NCBI GenBank assembly: GCA_964016885.1
Contig: OZ024763.1
Span: 8,928,001-8,992,000, forward strand
From: Eledone cirrhosa
Taxonomy: Eukaryota
Direction of reading: 5' to 3'
Length of the DNA stretch: 64,000 nt
The position numbers and the translations under genes are program-made. This document shows positions 47,540 to 64,000 of this stretch, in pieces (position 1 is the first letter of the stretch; each line of letters begins with the position of its first letter). The notes under the pieces were generated by a model that was not told the origin of the DNA, ran no database searches, and saw only the letters and a list, made by a program, of their open reading frames with translations.

Positions 47540-48905
47540 TATCTATCTATCTATCTATCTAAGGCGGGTAAAATTCCCGAGATCCATGGATGAGTTCTCT
47601 CCAGCGGTCTCTGTCCCTCATTATCGCTGCCATATCCTGCATCTCCAACAGACCAGTGTCTGTCCTTAGGGCATCAACATATGTTAACCTTGGTCTTCCT
47701 CTTCTAGTGTGTCCCATGTAGGGGCTCCCAAAGGAGCACTGAGTGCAATGTCAACTCTGGATGTCGGTGAGCATGTCCAGCCAACCTCAGTCTCCTCTGT
47801 GTCACTTTTGAGCTGACTTTTGGGATGCTCCCATACAGCTCTGAGTTTTTCATCCTCAGTGTATACTGATTAATGTTCAGAGCCATCCTCAGCATTCTCG
47901 TGTAGCACCCATCCACCATCTGAGTGAGTTTCTTGGTCAGTGTCCCAAGTCTCAGACCCATACAGCAGCACAGACTCCACTACAGCAATGAAGAGGCGGA
48001 TTTTCAGGTCTCTACGAAGGTCCGACTTCCACACCGATCTCAAGCTGTGGCACGCACCCCAGGCCTTGCTCTTCCTCTCAACCACATCATCCTCCATATT
48101 CCCAATCTTTGCTCCCAAATACAGGAAGTCCTCAACCAATTCCAGCGGCTTCCCGCCTACATTAGTGATCCCCTCTGGCTTCTCAACATTCTCTACCAGA
48201 TATTTTGTTTTAGTCTCATTCATTCTCAGCCCCACACTCATCGACACAGTCTCAACCTCCCGCATCAAATCCTCTGCCTCCTTCACTGTATTGTCACCAA
48301 ACTATGTCGTCGGCAAATTCAGCATCCGATACCTTTTTCGCCCCAACTCTCCTGCTCTGAGCCGGTGCTACAGTAAAGCCAGAGTCCTGATGTTTTCTCC
48401 AGTGCAAGGCGCATACAATAGTCCACTACGATGATAAAAAGGTAGGGAGCCAATGTATCTCCCTGGAGCACTCCAGCCAGTATCTCAAAGAACTCTGTCA
48501 TCCCATCAGGTGTAATGACTTGGGCTTTGGTGTTGGTGTAGAGCAGTGATATCAGGTCCACTATCCTCTTGGGGATTCCATAAGCCTGTAAGATCTTCAT
48601 CAGGCAGTAATGGTCCACAGAATCAAAGGCTTTCCTAAAGTCAATGAAAACCATGACCGCAGAAGGCACTTTGCTCTAGCTCCCTCTAATATCCTCCTCA
48701 GCATCAGGATGTGACTGGTGGTTGATCTACCCTCTCTGAAGCCGTTCTGGTTGTCCGAGCTTCTTCTCCATCTCAGGCTGGATCCTGTAAGAATCATCCT
48801 GTTGAGGGTCTTTGCCACAAGTGACGTCAGTGAGATCCCCCCGGTAGTTGTTGGTGTTAGAGAGATCTCCCTTCTTTGGCACTGGAGACGATGTTACTGA
48901 TCCTC
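47540..48905 (-). mobile_element. RTE/RTE-X-like LINE 3' fragment (distinct family)
   Basis: NQNGFR, FIDFRKAFDSV, GVLQGDTLAPYLF, FLYLG, RRLRLAGH; frameshifted; (GATA)n tail. Confidence 0.9.
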
Positions 48906-48906
48906 A

Positions 48907-48986
<80 letters not shown>

Positions 48987-48999
48987 CATAAATATATAC

Positions 49000-49076
<77 letters not shown>

Positions 49077-49094
49077 AATATAATATATATATAC

Positions 49095-49153
<59 letters not shown>

Positions 49154-49173
49154 ATATATATATACATATATAC

Positions 49174-49206
<33 letters not shown>

Positions 49207-49211
49207 TATAT

Positions 49212-49302
<91 letters not shown>

Positions 49303-49333
49303 TATAATACATATATATATATATCATATATAC

Positions 49334-49364
<31 letters not shown>

Positions 49365-49379
49365 CTATATATATATATA

Positions 49380-49510
<131 letters not shown>

Positions 49511-49918
49511 TTTATATATATATACACATAATAGTTTTATATATATACATATATATATATCATCATCATCACCATTTAGCATCCATCTAATCCATGCTTG
49601 CATGGATTAGATGGGTCGTCCATGCCACGAGGCAAGTCTGGCCAGAGTTGACCATGTATTGCACCCTGCTTTGGCAAGGACTGTAAATTATGACTGGGTA
49701 TTTTACAGCTGGATGCCCTTCCTAACACCAACCACATTTATAGTGTGGATCTGGAGGGCACCATTATGAGGAGGGACTGGTCAGTTGGCCATGCCGAACC
49801 CTTCTCACAGCGGTAGTAGTAATGGTGGTGGTGGTGGCAGCAGCAGTAGTAGTGGTGGTGGTAGTAGTAGCAGCAGCAGCAGCAGTAGTAGTAGTAGAAG
49901 TAGTAGTGGTAGTATTAA

Positions 49919-49949
<31 letters not shown>

Positions 49950-50108
49950 GGAAAATATTCAAAGAAAATTGGTAAATCTCACAGAGAATCCTTTAATCTC
50001 TTCACAACATAAAATGGAGATAAATTATAGCTTAGTCTGGTTAAATCTGGTTTTGTCTGGTTTTAAGTTTAGGAATTGTCTTGACATGTTACCTCAATCT
50101 CTCTCTCC

Positions 50109-50199
<91 letters not shown>

Positions 50200-50306
50200 A
50201 AGGATTCAAGACCCCGACGGCTGAGCTCCTGCCATTTCAACAGCGAAATCTGAACTTCGGACCTCGCTGTTGAAATGGCAGGAGCTCAGCCATCATATAT
50301 CATATG

Positions 50307-50367
<61 letters not shown>

Positions 50368-50671
50368 ATGCATGTGTGTGTGTGTATATATATATATGTG
50401 TTTTGAACTTAAAATGTAAGGCGCACAACAAAACTAAATGCCACAAAATATTTTTCATGGCTCTCTACCAACTCTGCTAATCTTACCACCTTATCTCTTA
50501 TAGTTTGTTTGTTTAATTTATTCATAGAGAAATAAATATAAACAACTCTGATATTAAGCAATCAAATAAATTTGATCATAACAAAGCAAAGATTTGTTTT
50601 TTAGTCATTTATTCCACTGAGGTCAGCCACCTTCTAAATATTTGATCCTGGTAATCCATTAAAGATAACAA

Positions 50672-50862
50672 GGGTGGTGGATTGGCAGTATCGGTAGAGG
50701 GTCGGGCGCCATGCTTTGAAGCATAGAGTTACCTCCCTTTATGATCTGAGTTCAAATCCCGCCGAGATTAACTTTGCCTTTCATCCTTATGGGGTCGATA
50801 AAATAAAGTACCAGTAATGCACTGGGATAATTGCTGGTCTGGTGCCAAAAGTAGAAACAATT
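50672..50862 (+). mobile_element. SINE (near full length)
   Basis: GGTGGTGGATTGGCAGTATCGGTAGAG...GAGTTCAAATCCC...GTGCCAAAAGTAGAAACAAT. Confidence 0.85.
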
Positions 50863-51021
50863 AAAGATAACAGCTGAAATATGTCCCCAAAAAATAGATT
50901 TAGCATGAAGTTATGGGTCAAATTATAGATTTAGTGGGAATATATCTAAAAAAAAAAGATTTATATACACCAATAGGGTGCAAGATCATTTTAGTAGACA
51001 ATGAATATATATAATTATAAT

Positions 51022-52957
51022 ATCATCATCATCATCAGTATCACCGTTTTACGTCCGTTCTTCCATGCTAGCATGGGTTAAACGGGTTGTCCTGTTGTGG
51101 GCAGTGTCTGGTCGGCTGACTATGCCTTGCTCATACAGGAACTGATTCTGGCTTGATTTCTACAGCCGGATGCCCTTCCTAACACCAACCTCATTTACAG
51201 TGAGTGCTGGGTGCTTTTTTTCCGTGGCACCTCCACATCCACTGTATAGTGTGGGCTGGGTGCTTTTTTGCCGTAGCACCTCCATGACCACTTTGCAGTG
51301 GGAGGGTGTGGGAGCATATTGTCTATATGCTTCAGCTTCAGCTTGTACCCATGGGAGGTCGAGTACTTTGTATTACTGTGTGAAGCCAGAGGTGACGGTC
51401 GTCTGTCAACGCCTTTGGGAGGTGTAATTGGGTAAGGTCGGCTTTTATCACCTCATCCCAGGTCATCTTGGGTCTCCCCACTCCGCGATTTCCATCGACT
51501 TCTAGTGCACTGCACCTTTTTATGCAGCTGTCATCCTTCATACGCATCGCATGTCCATACCAACGCAACCGCCTCTCCTGCACACACATTTGATTTCTCT
51601 TATGCTCAGTCTCTCTCTCAATTCATTTATGCTTTGTCGTTCGCGTATATTACTATTACACATCCATCGGAGCATGCAGGCTTCGTTTCTTTCTAATCTA
51701 TGCAAGTCTTCCACCTTCAGCGCCCAGTTCTCACTACCATGTAACATTGCTGTTCGTATACACGCATCATACAGTCTGCTTTTCATTTCAAGGGAAAAGC
51801 CTTTTGCAGCTAGCAGTGGCAGTAGCTCCCTGAACTTCTTCCATCCTGTTCTTATCCTAGTTATTGTACTTTCCGAACTCCCACCTCCGCTGCTAATTCG
51901 GTCACCTAGGTAGCAGAATCTGTCTACTGTTTCTACAGAGCCCTCCAAGAGATTGGTGGTACTTGTTTCCTGTGGCTGTTTGCTGTTTGCTGTCCCAGCA
52001 CAGCTGCTGCATGTGAAGCCTACGTTCTTAGTTAAGCTTCCTGAGATCCCGCTACATCTCTTGTGTACCCATTGTTTGCATTTGGGGCAGAGAATGGAGT
52101 TCCTACCTACACCTTTCCTACATACTGAGCAAGGCCATTTCCCTGGGGGGATCTGGGTTCTGTTTTCTTGTCTACTTACAAGGACGTTAGTCTTTGTCAG
52201 GTTGACTTTGAGACCCTTTCTTTCTAGTCCCTGCTTCCAATGTTCTACCATAGATTCAGCTATAAGTGCGAGGTCATCTGCATACAGGAGTTCCCATGGG
52301 CATTCGGTCTTAAACTCCTCTGTTATTGCCTGCAGGACTATGATGAACAGGAGAGGGTTAAGAACAGAGCCCTGGTGAACACTGACCTGTACGCTAAATT
52401 CCTCGCTATACTCATTGCTAATCCTAACTTTGCTGACTGCTCCCCTATACATGGTTTGTACAGCTTTCACAAGCCATTCATCTACTCCTAGTTTTCTAAG
52501 AGCCCACCAGATTATAGCACAGGGAACTCTGTCAAAGGCTTTCTCGAGATCGATGAATGCCAGGTAGAGTGGCTTACTTTTAGCTAGGTACTTTTCCTGT
52601 AACTACCTCACAAGGAAGAGGGCATCAGTGGTGCCTCTTCCTGGGACAAACCCAAATTGCATCTCATCTAGTTTCACCCGGTCCCTAATCAACTGTGCTA
52701 TAACTCCTTCTGTTACTTTCATGACCTGGTCCATCAGCTTTATACCTCCATAGTTTCCTCTATCTAGTGCATCACCTTTACCTTTGTAGCAGTTGATAAT
52801 GATGCTACTGCACCAATCCTTTGGTATGACACCTTCTAGTATTACCTGGTTAATATGTGTGGTCATAGTGTGATCTACCGACCTAGATGTCTTCAGCATC
52901 TTGGCAGCTATACCCAATGGACCGGTTGCCTTCCACGTTGTCATATCTTTGATTGCC

Positions 52958-52958
<1 letters not shown>
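51022..52958 (-). mobile_element. RTE LINE subfamily B, 5'-truncated
   Basis: RT motifs (QFGF, KAFD, HQGS, YADD), Cys-rich finger, RRLRWYGH, 3' UTR plus tail. Confidence 0.95.
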
Positions 52959-53002
<44 letters not shown>

Positions 53003-53262
53003 GTATTCTCTTTTCTCCTAGTTTATTTTACACCTAATTCTGTTTAATTGACTATATCTGGGCGATTACGCTGTCGAAATATTCGATAAATATTCCGTCG
53101 TAGCCGACGCGAAGGGCTAGTTTCGGTTATTTGTTGGAGATTTCTTCATAGAAGCCTTATTCTTATAGCCTGGTCTATTCGATTTTTTATATGGTTAATT
53201 ATGCTAATTGGGAGAGGAAATGGTATATATTTTATCTGGTGATTCTATAGACATGTTTTATG

Positions 53263-53294
<32 letters not shown>

Positions 53295-53453
53295 CATATA
53301 TATATATATAATAATAATAAAAGTGTGTGTCCTATATGTAATTAATACATACAGGGATACAAGTATAGTCCGTATGCCAGTGTGGTTCAATAGCAAGTTA
53401 ATCAATTATTTATTATTATTTTTTAAGATATTTTCTGTGTTTACACTCCCTTG

Positions 53454-53495
<42 letters not shown>

Positions 53496-53895
53496 TATAT
53501 AAATAAATATATATATCCTATTGTTGTGCAATGAGAGTGAACCCAGAACCACCATTCTAGTGAAGCGAACTCCATAACCCCACAGCCATGCCTGGGTCTA
53601 TCCCCACAGCCATGACCTGATCTATGTAAACATAAATAAAAGTTTATAAGTTGTGTAAACAGAAATCTTATCGCAATATAAATCCAAGGATTAGAAAAAG
53701 AAAAGAAAACAAAAAAGCAAAAATGAATCTTAGAAGAAACATGTTTTAAGAGAAAGTTGTCGCTCAGGACAGTTCCACCTCTGCAGTATAAGTTATACAG
53801 CAGACTTCAGTAGGAGCTAGTACCTGACTTTACTCTGTCATAACTAGTTTCACTCCATACTTAGCTTTATTATTATTACTTCTAAAAGTCTCCAA

Positions 53896-63100
<9,205 letters not shown>

Positions 63101-63137
63101 GTGAGTAATGTGTACTTCTTTCTACACTTTCATGGAG

Positions 63138-63270
<133 letters not shown>

Positions 63271-64000
63271 CATATATTTAATACAATAACAGAGATAGCT
63301 TTAAGCTAAACTCCGACTGGTAACCATCTCACTCAACAAACATTAGGTTATACGTTAGTATAAACCCAATTTAAGTGTTTGGGGTGCTAACTATATGTAT
63401 TTTGTTGAAAGCCAGTTGTATTATTTTATGAGATATAATTAAAGTTAAAATATATCTCTCTTTCCAAACAATTGTTTCATTATAAGTTTTCTACAAATTG
63501 GGAGAATGTTTCCAGTTTATGTAGAAGCCTAACATATATTCATGTAAGAATATATTTAGGTGGGCGCTTATAAATCTTCAGTGGAAGCCCATTAAACTTT
63601 GATATAAGAAAAAATTCTTACCGCAGTTAAAAATCGTGTCTGTTAAGTTGTTCCTTCACGCATCGAATGACCGCCAAATTTGAAATTCCAGCAGTCTTTT
63701 GACTGAGGAAGTATCATAGCGTTACGAAGCGGGAAAGGGAGACAACCTCGAATCACGAGAAAAGAAAATAATATACACGTGGGTTAATTAGTTTTTTCAA
63801 AAACATTATCAATCCAGCGTGTTAAGAACTCAATTGATATTAAAAAAATAAATGTATGCGTGTATTAATTACACACGCATATAGATATTTTCTTAGGCTA
63901 AAAACAGAAGTGATACCTAAATAACAAACCACATCTCATAACTGCAATAAATACGGAAAGTTACGCTTTAAAAGGCATTTGGGAATGTAAATCTCTGGCC

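Overview
AT-rich, intron-rich eukaryotic DNA dense in (TA)n microsatellites. The SINE/RTE repertoire suggests a cephalopod (Octopus-like) genome; this is an inference. I assembled three spliced genes by hand from GT-AG junctions with consistent phases. (1) A complete 8-exon SUMF2/pFGE-like gene on the - strand (6790-21318, 362 aa; signal peptide, no FGE catalytic cysteines, ends in HLEL). (2) A complete 14-exon clan-3 (CYP3A-like) cytochrome P450 on the + strand (24925-46525, 508 aa), with Asn in place of the conserved I-helix Thr (AGYENT). (3) The 5' part of an uncharacterised secreted-protein gene (53896 to at least 63100; no stop found in the window). The first 6.7 kb is two satellite arrays that switch orientation. 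Introns hold RTE and CR1 LINE fragments, SINEs, a Helitron and minisatellites. The most striking unannotated signal is a dispersed family of short elements carrying minimal type-I hammerhead ribozyme motifs (stem I-CUGANGA-stem II-GAAA-palindromic stem III-UH-stem I). There are about 8 near-complete copies plus several decayed ones, often inside fold-back inverted repeats, which fits Penelope-like elements or retrozymes. Several are in sense orientation within host introns. Most ORF-track entries are microsatellite or satellite artefacts.
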